This document shows positions 50,501 through 60,727 of a stretch of 64,000 nt of DNA, one piece after another. The stretch is from Gammaproteobacteria bacterium (GTDB taxonomy: Bacteria > Pseudomonadota > Gammaproteobacteria > Pseudomonadales > JANQJO01): assembly GCA_031409375.1 (NCBI GenBank), contig JANNXD010000139.1, positions 27,944 through 91,943 of the forward strand, given 5' to 3'. Positions within the stretch are counted from its first letter, which is position 1; every line of letters starts with the position of its first letter. The position numbers and the translations under genes are program-made. The notes below the pieces were generated by a model. That model saw only the letters and a list, made by a program, of their open reading frames with translations, was not told the origin of the DNA and did not search any database.

Positions 50501-52241
50501 GGTAGGTACTGGCGCTACTGTTGGCTGTTGGCGTGAATTCTAAATACGCTTCCAAGACAGTCGTGCCTCTAGCAAAGGGTACTTTTTCAAAACGCATTCC
50601 CAATTTTTGACTGTTGCCTAACGTTAAGCTAGTTGCTGAGTTGGTGACGGTTTTTCTCGAATCATTGTTTTCAGATGCATCATCTTCTGTTAATAAAGTT
50701 CGTGTATTCCAGATTGTATTCATGCATCCTGGGCTACCACCTGAATAGTTGATGACGAGCTCAGGATGCCGATGTGAAACCTCATCATAGCTGTAAGTTA
50801 AGCGTGAACCACCGAGAGCTGAAGTGTCTTTGGGTTGAATGTAAAACGCCATGGCATTGTTGCCACACCAGCCACTGCGATTGACCACTTGTTGTACCAA
50901 TGTTGTGATATTCGGGCCAGTCACGGTCGCATCGGATGCCCACTCTGCTTCTGGAGACCACAAGACTTCTGTTGAAGTTTTGCTTCTAGCACTTAGTCCA
51001 AAGCTGCTCGAGTTAAAGGTAGCGGAATTGTCACTATTTTCAGCACGTATTTTTAGAGTTAGGTTATCGCTCGTACTGTGCCCTGCCGCTGCGTTAAAGC
51101 GTAAATAAGCACTAGTGATGGTTGCGCCTTGCGGTACATTTACATCCTGGTAACGCAAGCCAACCAGATTTTCTACGTCGGGCGTGGTGAGCGTATAGGT
51201 GATTTTTAATTTGGTGTTGCTGCCGCTTGCGCCTTGTGTGCTGGCGGTGTCGTTACGAAATAAAGTACCACTCCGATAGCTACCCGATTGATGGTCGAAA
51301 ATAAAAACCATGGCATCGTTATTGTCCCAATTGGCATGATTGACTAGCTCTTGTACGATAGAGGTGACATCCGCAGAATTGTATTTACTACCGATTACCC
51401 ATGGTTGTGTGTCAAGAATTGTCCAGATAATCGAAGACGTGGTGGGTTGTGTGGATACACGATTAGCAAGATCATAGTTAAGTCCGGTGAATCGGACGGG
51501 ATTATCCGCATATTGTCCACGAATTAAAATGCTGCTCTGGCCTGAACCACTGGCAGGTGAAGTCATTTCTAAGTAAGCGCTTTGAATAATTGCGCCTTTG
51601 GGGATGTTCATATTGAAGTAGCGCAAACCACAAAGCTGAGTTGAGTCCATATCCATCCAGAAACCATCGTTTTTGGCTCCATTGGAAAGTAATTCTTCGC
51701 GATCATCTTCTTCATCGGTAACGTAAGCGGTGACGCTGTAGGTGGGGGTTGACGCTGATGTTGTAAAACCCAGTTTTAAAATTTCATCACTAAGACTCAC
51801 TGCACCTGTTGAGCCGAGCTCAACGGCATCATCGGTTGAAAGCAGCATATCGGAAGATGCTTGTTTGTCAGCAGAAGAGAGGAGAGAATCGATGTTTGTC
51901 ACTGGATATAACACCGAACCGCCAGGGGTGTTAAAACGCATGACGCCAACATTGACGCCTTGAATATTCTGCATCAAATCATTAAAGGCAGTTTTTAAAG
52001 CTTGCATGCGTGTTTGCCCGGTTAACGTGCCATCGGCATTTTTGGCGGGCTGGTCCATGGAACCTGAGTTGTCGATGACGAATAACACATTCGGCAGCGT
52101 TCCTTCTTGATAATGGCCATTACCCAAAAAAATATCAGTATCATCTGCCACGCTAATGGAGCATGTGGAGAAGATGACGATGACAATCAGTATTAATTTT
52201 TGGACAATCAAAATTAACTTTAGGAATTGATTCATGATCAC
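47517..52241 (-). CDS. pilY1: Type IV pilus tip adhesin PilY1
   Basis: ADDTDIF start, vWA VIDNSGSM, LGDPLHS, GTNEGFLHA, YGMDGSP and GDTGGQVWRFD (PilC beta-propeller). Confidence 0.92.
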   Translation of the reverse strand: MIMNQFLKLILIVQKLILIVIVIFSTCSISVADDTDIFLGNGHYQEGTLPNVLFVIDNSGSMDQPAKNADGTLTGQTRMQALKTAFNDLMQNIQGVNVGVMRFNTPGGSVLYPVTNIDSLLSSADKQASSDMLLSTDDAVELGSTGAVSLSDEILKLGFTTSASTPTYSVTAYVTDEEDDREELLSNGAKNDGFWMDMDSTQLCGLRYFNMNIPKGAIIQSAYLEMTSPASGSGQSSILIRGQYADNPVRFTGLNYDLANRVSTQPTTSSIIWTILDTQPWVIGSKYNSADVTSIVQELVNHANWDNNDAMVFIFDHQSGSYRSGTLFRNDTASTQGASGSNTKLKITYTLTTPDVENLVGLRYQDVNVPQGATITSAYLRFNAAAGHSTSDNLTLKIRAENSDNSATFNSSSFGLSARSKTSTEVLWSPEAEWASDATVTGPNITTLVQQVVNRSGWCGNNAMAFYIQPKDTSALGGSRLTYSYDEVSHRHPELVINYSGGSPGCMNTIWNTRTLLTEDDASENNDSRKTVTNSATSLTLGNSQKLGMRFEKVPFARGTTVLEAYLEFTPTANSSASTYLDLYAENSDNSAAYPNSRGNISGRTKTIATTRWTISDSWKSDFTYRSPELKTLIQEVLNRSSWTAGNSLSLLAYGNTTAANRTIYSFDGSGARAPKLVIKVANPARTVIPPLTVREHINNLVQSLTARTYTPIVDTLYEAALYYRGAPVYYGADRQIFNSGDGLDLRYKRVSIDNSYTGGTHVMPAGCTEDNLDSTNCRDETITSSPTAPTYISPIVSDCQSNHVVLFTDGEANHNNSRTVIGNMIGNSNCSIDAADSDEKCGRSLVQWMANNDMQPSLPTTNTISTHTIAFNLSNSGALTFLRDLAARGNGGAYTANTSAELEDAFNAIIRNIVSRDSTFTAPSATVNQFNRLSNRSEIYFSVFKPEATPVWAGNLKRYKLLGNPAVISDANDQAAVDSTTGFFKASARSLWSSTTDGASVELGGAAKRLADDPSLRKLYTYLPAATANTPSRSLTAAANQFSYSNADITTSMVQAADAAERNNILKWAMGYDMHDVNANSLITDARKQLGDPLHSIPLLITYSGPSETPDITAFFGTNEGFLHAVDADNGDEVFSFIPKHLFENLKTLYDDNNNFTHPYGMDGSPVAWVQDLNFDNTINNTDKVYIYMGMRSGGRNLYALDVTARTQPKMLWTIEGGSGDFAALGYTWSRPVKTKLKIGSAVKDVLIFAGGFDPIIDDNPTHRVNATMGNSIYIVDATTGARLWMAGNAVTAGQGLNLTAMKYAIPGDMSLLDVNKDGLADMMFVGDTGGQVWRFDFHQGENTASLVTGGVIAELADNTQLNDRRFHFKPDVSIFGDQGNLRMAVSIGSGSLQEPLEQTTSNRFYVIFQDDIYAAPATYTKLTETNLTDRTDDITNTRISNSGWYIDLEHSGEKTLASSLTVNNQIIFTTYSPQVAASACSGVTGVGRVYLLGLYNAKPTQDLNDSDTITKEDRSRVLKSPSIPPTPKMLFPEQTDVPTVLVGPEQPLLDIDLGVKKGFERTYWYEPDGSTY

Positions 52242-52246
52242 TATCC

Positions 52247-52696
52247 TCAGCCTGCACCAATTGCCACAAAACCCTGAATTAAACGTGTATCGACACCGTT
52301 ATTAATGGTGGCACTACTATCCACTTGCACTTGAATATAAGAAACGCCGGCGTCGTTGTCGGCAGAGTAGCCAGGGACTAAAACTTTGTCAGCGCTTAGA
52401 GTTGCTGTTGTGCGACTGACCTCATCATGTAAGTCCACGTCATAGACAGTCCAGTCATCAAAACTGGCGTCATCGACATAGGTTAGGGTTTGGTTCATCC
52501 AGCTGGTTTGATTGATCGCGTAGGTGCCAGCGCTTTCCGCTGATTGGAGAGCGCGATTAATAATTTGTGCATTAGATGCCATCCGTTCATTCATCACGGA
52601 TGAATTCACGCCCCCAACTGATAAGAGCGTTAAGCTGATTAAAATCAGTAATCCGACGATTAATACGACCCCTTGTTGTTTGTGTACGTTTTGCAT
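52247..52696 (-). CDS. pilX: Minor pilin PilX
   Basis: QQGVVLIVGLLIL..ERMASN..ALQSAES. Confidence 0.88.
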   Translation of the reverse strand: MQNVHKQQGVVLIVGLLILISLTLLSVGGVNSSVMNERMASNAQIINRALQSAESAGTYAINQTSWMNQTLTYVDDASFDDWTVYDVDLHDEVSRTTATLSADKVLVPGYSADNDAGVSYIQVQVDSSATINNGVDTRLIQGFVAIGAG

Positions 52697-52732
52697 ATCC
52701 GACCTCTTGAGCTGAGATAAACTGCAATGAAA

Positions 52733-53854
52733 TTAACTGCGATTACGTAATTGCACAGTACGGCTGAATACCTTGCGAAAAAACTTACCACCTGAATGGG
52801 CAATGGTGGTGCTGGGACCGATATTTTCGCCTGGTAAGGCGTAGGTGTTGGTATCTGTTTGGGGGGCCGCTTCTATTGGGCTGGTTACCAGTAGACCTAA
52901 TTGCACGCTGACAACCTTTCGCATATTCAGGGTGGCGTCGCTGCTGGTTCGATAACTAATGCTGCCGTTGGCGAGCTGTTCGCCGTACAAAATTTGTAAA
53001 TTTTCAACGCCTTCAATCAGCTCGTTAGTGTTGCCAGCGGCGTCGTATTGATAAAGGGCATATATGGATTTTCCGGTTATGTTTTTACGGCCAGTATTGG
53101 CCACAAAAAAGGTATCGACATGAAATGGTCTGACTTGCGCATCGACGGTATACGCACGACGTAAACTATTAACCGTATTGCTGGAGATGCGATGTTCAAG
53201 GGCAATTGGTGCGATGGTGCTTGGGTTATTAGAGACACGGAACAAATCACCCATTGCGCAATCACCAACAAATACCAAGTCATCCTGTTGCAGATTGAAG
53301 CTGGTATCGTCTATTACCACATCACTATTGCTACTGCTCATGTTGGAGGATAAAGGTACGCCAGTGGGATCGGCATATTGAATGCTGATGACGTCGCTTC
53401 CAGGAATGGGTTTGATGGTATTAGTCGTTTTCAGCGCCAATAGGTCACTGTTGCTGGCTAGGTTACTTGGATCGGGGGACCATGTGCCTGCTGAGTCTAC
53501 CTCAAAACCCCTGAGTGAGGTTTGTGCCAGGTTAGTTGAAGGAAAGTTAAGGGCGCGCGGTTGGGTGTAAATGGCGTTGTCCCAGTTAACATTGTCTTCA
53601 TCAGTGACGCTGATGGTAACTGGCATCATGCAGCCTTGAAAGCCTCGATAGCTCACCGTTTCGGATAAGGCGTCTATGGCAAAGCGCCCAGTTTCTTGTA
53701 GGTCCGTGAGCGCTTCTTCAAGACGATTGGTTTGACGGGTTCCATTCATGATTTGCAGCATTCCGGCCAGCATAAAAATGCTCAGCGCGACTGCGATTAG
53801 GGTTTCTATTAAGGTGGTACCACTGGGCATGGAGTTGAGGGCTATGAGCTTCAC
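52733..53854 (-). CDS. pilW: Type IV minor pilin PilW (copy 1)
   Basis: G-TTLIE prepilin site; very similar to the 45928 copy. Confidence 0.88.
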   Translation of the reverse strand: MKLIALNSMPSGTTLIETLIAVALSIFMLAGMLQIMNGTRQTNRLEEALTDLQETGRFAIDALSETVSYRGFQGCMMPVTISVTDEDNVNWDNAIYTQPRALNFPSTNLAQTSLRGFEVDSAGTWSPDPSNLASNSDLLALKTTNTIKPIPGSDVISIQYADPTGVPLSSNMSSSNSDVVIDDTSFNLQQDDLVFVGDCAMGDLFRVSNNPSTIAPIALEHRISSNTVNSLRRAYTVDAQVRPFHVDTFFVANTGRKNITGKSIYALYQYDAAGNTNELIEGVENLQILYGEQLANGSISYRTSSDATLNMRKVVSVQLGLLVTSPIEAAPQTDTNTYALPGENIGPSTTIAHSGGKFFRKVFSRTVQLRNRS

Positions 53855-54150
53855 AGGACACCTTTTTACAATAATTAAACAACACGCAAACAACATTCTC
53901 CTGAAACTATAGTGGTTGTTATCGCTAATTTGATCGTTTTGTAGACAGAATGCAGGATTGCACGGATTAACGGTTGTTTACATATTTCTTTAAGTTGTTT
54001 ACGTGATATGGGTGGCAATTCGGTTGTTTACTGGATGGAATCAATTCTGTGTTTGTCATCACGCTTAAAATAGGGGGGGGAGGGCGGGCACGAGCAGATT
54101 GTCAATATGGCAGATATTGTGGGTGTGGCAGACAGTTATCTAGGGTGGCG

Positions 54151-54486
54151 TTAGCCAGGTGGCCAATGCATCGCCCGTCCAGCTAGGATGTGCAGATGCA
54201 AATGAAAAACACTTTGGCCTGCATCTGCGCCGTTATTGGTGACTAAACGAAAGGCATCTTCAATGCCCAATTGGCGACAGATGTCACCGACTTTCAACAT
54301 TAAATGCCCGAGTAATGCTAGATCATCATGTGTTGCATCAACTAAGCGTGGTAAGGCTTTTTTGGGGATCAATAATATATGCGTTGGGGCTTGGGGATGA
54401 ATGTCTTTAAATGCTAAACATAAATCATCTTCGAAAATAATATCAGCTTGAATCTCGCGATTAATAATTTTACTAAATAGTGTCAT
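54151..54486 (-). CDS. hinT: Histidine triad nucleotide-binding protein
   Basis: [12 protein letters not shown] and HLHLHIL motifs. Confidence 0.93.
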   Translation of the reverse strand: MTLFSKIINREIQADIIFEDDLCLAFKDIHPQAPTHILLIPKKALPRLVDATHDDLALLGHLMLKVGDICRQLGIEDAFRLVTNNGADAGQSVFHLHLHILAGRAMHWPPG

Positions 54487-54511
54487 GGACTTCCGGGTCA
54501 CCTGCAGGTGT

Positions 54512-54712
54512 TTAAGATAGTGTTTGAGAGGGTTGTTCAGTGATGGCGGTATCCATTGATCGCGCCTGATCTTCTAGCATCACGGGTATTCCATCCCGAA
54601 TTGGGTAGGCTAAGCGAGAAACCTTGCAAAGTAACTCCTGATTGGCTTCATCGTATTCAAGTGGGGCTTTGCTGACGGGGCAGACCAGGATGTCCAACAG
54701 TTTTTTATCCAT
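54512..54712 (-). CDS. ycaR: Trm112-family protein
   Basis: [25 protein letters not shown]. Confidence 0.9.
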   Translation of the reverse strand: MDKKLLDILVCPVSKAPLEYDEANQELLCKVSRLAYPIRDGIPVMLEDQARSMDTAITEQPSQTLS

Positions 54713-54722
54713 AGAATACTTA

Positions 54723-55094
54723 CTAACACCAGGTTTGGTTAAACTCAATAGCTTTGAAGCCAACAGAAACTTTTGTACCGTTACTGATGGTTGTACTGTT
54801 GCTAACAATGGGGCGCTTGATTAAGCGTCCATTGCTGGCTAACAAATTAAATGTTTCTGCGGGTGTTAACTGCGGTAACCTATTTTTAATTTTGAGTTCA
54901 CGGTACTGCACGCCGCTGGTATTAAACCAGTTTTTTAAAGATAAGCCTGCTTGATTGAACCAGTCGTGTAGCTGTTTGGCGCTGGGTGGATGCAGGGTGA
55001 TATCGATGAATTGGTAGACTATCTGAGACTGTTGCAAAGCTTTTTCAGCCTGTTTGCAAGTGCTGCATGACTTGTAGCCATAAAAAGTTAGCAT
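54723..55094 (-). CDS. ArsC/Spx-family protein
   Basis: YKSCSTC, FNTSG..YRE and LIKRPI motifs. Confidence 0.88.
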   Translation of the reverse strand: MLTFYGYKSCSTCKQAEKALQQSQIVYQFIDITLHPPSAKQLHDWFNQAGLSLKNWFNTSGVQYRELKIKNRLPQLTPAETFNLLASNGRLIKRPIVSNSTTISNGTKVSVGFKAIEFNQTWC

Positions 55095-55125
55095 CGATTA
55101 AACAGCACAACGCAAATAGCGTTGC

Positions 55126-55242
55126 TTAACCTTTGGTTGCTTTACGTAAGTTAGCGCGAATTTTTTTCAAGCGCAAACGGGTATTACCGGTGCTGCCTTT
55201 AAAAATTTTACCGCGTCGCGTTTTTTTATCGCCTTTACCCAT
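55126..55242 (-). CDS. 30S ribosomal protein bTHX (38 aa, absent from ORF track)
   Basis: MGKGDKKTRRGKIFKGSTGNTRLRLKKIRANLRKATKG carries the THX signature GKGD..TRRGKI..G; AAGGA RBS upstream. Confidence 0.85.
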   Translation of the reverse strand: MGKGDKKTRRGKIFKGSTGNTRLRLKKIRANLRKATKG

Positions 55243-55280
55243 GATAAGTAAAATTTCCTTTAAAAATACTAAATGCTAGG

Positions 55281-55356
55281 TGGCTCCACAGGCAGGGCTC
55301 GAACCTGCGACCCAGCGGTTAACAGCCGCTTGCTCTACCAACTGAGCTACTGTGGA
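55281..55356 (-). tRNA. tRNA-Asn(GTT)
   Basis: Cloverleaf with TCCACAG/CTGTGGA acceptor, CTGTTAA anticodon loop, GGTTCGA T-loop and encoded CCA. Confidence 0.97.
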
Positions 55357-55823
55357 ATCGTGTTATCCGTCACCGGATAGGGTGCGTATATTAGCGGCAG
55401 GAGGAAAGGCGGGTCAACTCTCTTCCGTAATTAAATTATGCTTCAGTCATTTAATGATGATTTACAAAATATCGACAAGTAATACACAAGTGCTCTGTGA
55501 GCACTATAGTAATTATTCCAACCCCAGTGGCGCGAGCATTTTTTAAGCAGATTATCTTGATGTTGAGAGGTGCATTTTCCTGGAGGTTAATATTTGTGCG
55601 TAGTGGTTATAGGTAAGCGCTTAGGGTCTGTTACGATGTTGTGCACAGAGCCTTCCACAGAAGCTGTGGATAAAGAGCTTAATACGGCGGCTGATCTTTT
55701 TTTTAAAATTATGATGCAGTTATGGTTTTAGTTCGGTGTAACTTGTAGAGTGATCACCACGATATGCTAGTTGAAGTAAGCATATGGGATGTTGAGCATG
55801 TAGTTGATTATTACTTTGAGGAT

Positions 55824-56150
55824 ATGATTATGAAAACACTCGCTCTATTAAGCAGTGCATTATTAGTTTCGTCGATTGCTTTTGCTGAAGGTGAATCGGC
55901 TGGTTTTGATGCGATGCAATCGGATCCCGGCGTTCAGGAGCAAATGGTGCAAGAGGCTCCGGCACAGTTGGTTGAAGAGCCCTCAGCCCAGATGGTCGAA
56001 GAAGCTGCACCCGCGATGGAAGCTACTTCTGATGATGCTAATCAGATTACTTCACCAGAAATAATTGCTGAGCAGCCAGCAGCCGGTGATCAGCAAGCGC
56101 AAGCGGGTGCGTCTGCTGAAAAAAAATGGTGGCAATTTTGGAATAAGTAA
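55824..56150 (+). CDS. Acidic low-complexity secreted protein with KKWWQFW C-terminus
   Basis: GAGGA RBS, signal peptide ending AFA, E/A/Q/P-rich body. Confidence 0.7.
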   Translation: MIMKTLALLSSALLVSSIAFAEGESAGFDAMQSDPGVQEQMVQEAPAQLVEEPSAQMVEEAAPAMEATSDDANQITSPEIIAEQPAAGDQQAQAGASAEKKWWQFWNK

Positions 56151-56204
56151 TTTTGATGGGTATGTTTTTATTGCCGTTAGAATTTTCTGAATGAAATTTT
56201 TTTC

Positions 56205-56241
56205 AAACCGCAAAGCCTTAAGCTTTGCGGTTTTTGTTTTT
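56205..56241 (+). terminator. Rho-independent terminator
   Basis: AAACCGCAAAGC-CTTAA-GCTTTGCGGTTT followed by a T-rich tail. Confidence 0.85.
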
Positions 56242-56308
56242 CTGGGACTATAATCTCTCTCCTTTATTTTCGGCTTCCTTTATATATTGCTATTTGAGCT
56301 TGTGACTT

Positions 56309-58252
56309 ATGCCCGTTATTACCTTGCCGGATGGCACCACCCGCGAATTTCTTCACCCAGTTACTCTGCTTGAAGTCGCTCAGAGTATTGGGCCAGGTTT
56401 AGCCAAGGCCACGTTAGCGGGGCGTGTTAATGGCCACTTGCTGGATGCTTCGTTACCGATTGGCGAAGATGCGAATATTGCAATCATCACGGCAAAAGAT
56501 GCAGAAGGCGTGGAAATTATTCGGCATTCTTGCGCACATTTGCTCGGTCATGCCATCAAACAACTGTTTCCGCAAGCCAAAATGGCCATTGGGCCCGTGA
56601 TCGATAACGGCTTTTATTATGATATCGATTATGAGGCACAGCGATTTTCTCCAGAAGATTTGCAGTTGATTGAGCAGCGAATGCGCCAATTAATCGAACA
56701 AAATTATGATGTGCGGGTTGAAGTGGTGTCGCGTGAGCAAGCGCAAGCCGTCTTTCAGCAGCGTCAAGAAAGTTACAAGCTGGAAATCGTCGCCGGTATT
56801 CCGGCTGGCGAAACCATCAAGTTGTATCATCATCAAGAATATATTGATATGTGTCGTGGTCCGCATGTGCCCAATACGCGTCATTTGGCGGCATTTCAAC
56901 TGACTAAAATTGCGGGTGCCTATTGGCGGGGTGATGCCAATAATAAAATGCTGCAGCGATTATATGGCACTGCTTGGGACACCCCTAAAGCTTTAAAAGC
57001 GTATTTGCATCAAATAGAAGAAGCTGAAAAGCGTGATCATCGTAAAATTGGTAAGCAACTCAGTTTATTCCACACGCAAGAAGAAGCGCCGGGCATGGTA
57101 TTCTGGCATGCCGATGGTTGGACCTTGTACCAAGTGATCGAACAGTATATTCGCAGCTTGCTCCGTCAACATGATTATCAAGAAGTGCGCACGCCACAAC
57201 TGGTGGATCGAACCTTGTGGGAAAAATCTGGCCATTGGGATAAGTTTAAAGATGACATGTTCACGACGGCGTCGGAAAATCGTGATTATGCGATCAAGCC
57301 AATGAACTGTCCGTGCCATATTCAAATTTATAACCAGGGTGTTAAAAGTTATCGGGATTTACCGATTCGTTTGGCTGAGTTTGGTTCTTGTCATCGCAAC
57401 GAACCCTCGGGAACCTTGCATGGTTTGATGCGAGTGCGTAACTTTACGCAGGATGACGCGCATATTTTCTGTACCGAAGTGCAGATTCAGGAAGAGGTCG
57501 CTCAATTTATTGATTTGGTGTTTTTAGTCTATGCTGACTTTGGTTTTGAACAGATCCAAATGAAATTGTCGACGAGACCATTTAAACGTGTGGGCTCGGA
57601 TGAAGTGTGGGATAAAGCGGAAGCCGCCTTACAACAAGCACTGGATGCCAAAGGATTACAGTGGCAGTTGTTGCCAGGAGAGGGCGCTTTCTATGGCCCC
57701 AAAATTGAGTTCTCCTTGTTGGATTGTTTGGGGCGAGTTTGGCAGTGCGGCACGATCCAGGTCGACTTTTCCATGCCTGAGCGATTGTCGGCGGAATATA
57801 CGGCGGATAATAATCAGCGCGTTACTCCGGTGATGTTGCATCGCGCCATTCTGGGCTCCTTTGAGCGATTTATTGGAATTTTGATTGAGCATCATGCTGG
57901 AAAGCTACCGGTTTGGTTGGCGCCGGTGCAGGCTGTGGTGATGGTGATTACCGATCGACAGGCCGAGTATGCTCAAAAAGTGGTGCATGAACTACAGCAG
58001 CAAGGCTTTAGGGTCAAGATTGACTTGAGAAATGAGAAGATTGGCTTTAAAATCCGCGAGCACACTGTACAGCGGGTACCCTATTTGCTGGTGGTGGGTG
58101 ATCAAGAGCAAGCCTCGCATACGCTTTCGGTACGGTCGCGCGCCGCTGAGGAACTGGATGTCGTTACAACAGAGACGATGTCGGTTGATGCCTTTTCTCA
58201 TCTACTTTTGACACAAATTTCCAATCTGGGCCGGAAATCGGCAGGGGTTTAG
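56309..58252 (+). CDS. thrS: Threonine--tRNA ligase
   Basis: TGS N-terminus, IRHSCAH, KPMNCP, GAFYGPK and [11 protein letters not shown]. Confidence 0.98.
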   Translation: MPVITLPDGTTREFLHPVTLLEVAQSIGPGLAKATLAGRVNGHLLDASLPIGEDANIAIITAKDAEGVEIIRHSCAHLLGHAIKQLFPQAKMAIGPVIDNGFYYDIDYEAQRFSPEDLQLIEQRMRQLIEQNYDVRVEVVSREQAQAVFQQRQESYKLEIVAGIPAGETIKLYHHQEYIDMCRGPHVPNTRHLAAFQLTKIAGAYWRGDANNKMLQRLYGTAWDTPKALKAYLHQIEEAEKRDHRKIGKQLSLFHTQEEAPGMVFWHADGWTLYQVIEQYIRSLLRQHDYQEVRTPQLVDRTLWEKSGHWDKFKDDMFTTASENRDYAIKPMNCPCHIQIYNQGVKSYRDLPIRLAEFGSCHRNEPSGTLHGLMRVRNFTQDDAHIFCTEVQIQEEVAQFIDLVFLVYADFGFEQIQMKLSTRPFKRVGSDEVWDKAEAALQQALDAKGLQWQLLPGEGAFYGPKIEFSLLDCLGRVWQCGTIQVDFSMPERLSAEYTADNNQRVTPVMLHRAILGSFERFIGILIEHHAGKLPVWLAPVQAVVMVITDRQAEYAQKVVHELQQQGFRVKIDLRNEKIGFKIREHTVQRVPYLLVVGDQEQASHTLSVRSRAAEELDVVTTETMSVDAFSHLLLTQISNLGRKSAGV

Positions 58253-58253
58253 T

Positions 58254-58799
58254 ATTAATAAACAGATCGTCAAAAAAGTAACTGGTTCTCGTAAAAACCG
58301 TATTAATGATCAGATTACGCACGCTAATGTTCGCTTAATTGATAAAGATGGTAAGCAAGTTGGCGTGGTTAGCATTGCTGAAGGTCTTGCAGCTGCTGAA
58401 GCGGAAAGCTTAGATCTTGTGGAGATTGTGGCGGAGTCCGATCCGCCAGTTTGTCGTGTTATGGATTACGGCAAGCACTTGTTTGATGAAAAGAAAAAGC
58501 GTACCGAGTCACGAAAAAAACAGCGTCAGGTGCAGATTAAAGAATTAAAAATTCGTCCGACAACTGAAGATAATGACTATCAAGTTAAATTGCGCAGTCT
58601 AAAGCGGTTTCTGGAGCAGGGTGACAAAGCAAAGGTATCTTTACGTTTTCGTGGTCGGGAAATGGCGCATCAAGAATTGGGTATGGGAATTTTGTATCGT
58701 ATTCAAAAAGATCTTGAAGACATGGCAGTAGTAGAACAAGAGCCAAAAACAGAAGGTCGTCAAGTGATGATGGTGTTGGCGCCGAAGAAACGAAATTAA
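58254..58799 (+). CDS. infC: Translation initiation factor IF-3 (ATT start)
   Basis: Frame is open from ATT at 58254: ..[28 protein letters not shown]. Confidence 0.95.
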   Translation: MNKQIVKKVTGSRKNRINDQITHANVRLIDKDGKQVGVVSIAEGLAAAEAESLDLVEIVAESDPPVCRVMDYGKHLFDEKKKRTESRKKQRQVQIKELKIRPTTEDNDYQVKLRSLKRFLEQGDKAKVSLRFRGREMAHQELGMGILYRIQKDLEDMAVVEQEPKTEGRQVMMVLAPKKRN

Positions 58800-58932
58800 G
58801 TATGTGTTGCCCCCCAGGCAAGGGGAAAGGTAGGGAGCGGGGTATTTTTTGTGTAGACAAAGAACACCCACCCTGGCCTCCCCAATTATAGAAGGGGAGA
58901 GGATTTTCAGGTTTTTACTAAGGGGAAGTGTT

Positions 58933-59127
58933 ATGCCAAAAATAAAATCCGTGCGCAGTGCTGTGAAGCGATTTCGCAAAACTGCTAACGGCTTTAAACA
59001 TAAACGTGCGTATAAAAACCATATTCTTTGCAAAAAATCGCCAAAGCGTATTCGTCAATTACGTGCTAAAAAAATGGTGCATGGTTCGGATTACGCACTA
59101 GTTAAACGCATGTTGCCCACTTTGTAA
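58933..59127 (+). CDS. rpmI: 50S ribosomal protein L35
   Basis: [14 protein letters not shown]; conserved operon position. Confidence 0.97.
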   Translation: MPKIKSVRSAVKRFRKTANGFKHKRAYKNHILCKKSPKRIRQLRAKKMVHGSDYALVKRMLPTL

Positions 59128-59225
59128 TTGAATGTTTGTCTTTAATTGATGCAATTTTTTTTGCAAGATTTGCAAACTGATGGGTAATATTTTATTAACA
59201 GTTATAGTTGAGGGTTTATACCACC

Positions 59226-59585
59226 ATGGCAAGAGTAAAACGCGGAGTTCAGGCCCGCCGTCGACACAAGAAAGTCCTGAAGGCAGCAAAAGGTTATTAT
59301 GGTGCCCGCAGTCGTGTTTATCGCGTTGCAGCACAAGCAGTGGTCAAAGCAGGTCAGTATGCTTATCGTGATCGTCGTCAGAAAAAACGTGAATTCCGTA
59401 ATTTGTGGGTAGTCCGTATTAATGCAGCGGCGCGTTTGCACGGTGTTTCTTACAGCGTGTTTATTAACGGCCTGAAAAAAGCTTCCATTGATATTGATCG
59501 TAAAATTTTGGCAGAACTCGCCGTTAATGATCCCAATGCCTTTGCTTCATTGGTGGAGCAGTCCAAATCTGCACTGGCAGCATAA
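59226..59585 (+). CDS. rplT: 50S ribosomal protein L20
   Basis: [16 protein letters not shown]. Confidence 0.98.
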   Translation: MARVKRGVQARRRHKKVLKAAKGYYGARSRVYRVAAQAVVKAGQYAYRDRRQKKREFRNLWVVRINAAARLHGVSYSVFINGLKKASIDIDRKILAELAVNDPNAFASLVEQSKSALAA

Positions 59586-60659
<1,074 letters not shown>

Positions 60660-60727
60660 AGGCGGTCATCCAACATCTTCAGATATTCAATTTTTCCCGA
60701 GTTAAATTGTTCAGAGTTAAATTTTCC

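Noticed and set aside
55281-55356. tRNA-Asn as an island attachment site
   Set aside because: I saw no duplicated tRNA 3' end and no integrase in the window.
58254-58256. ATT start of infC as a novelty
   Set aside because: This is the established IF-3 autoregulatory feature.
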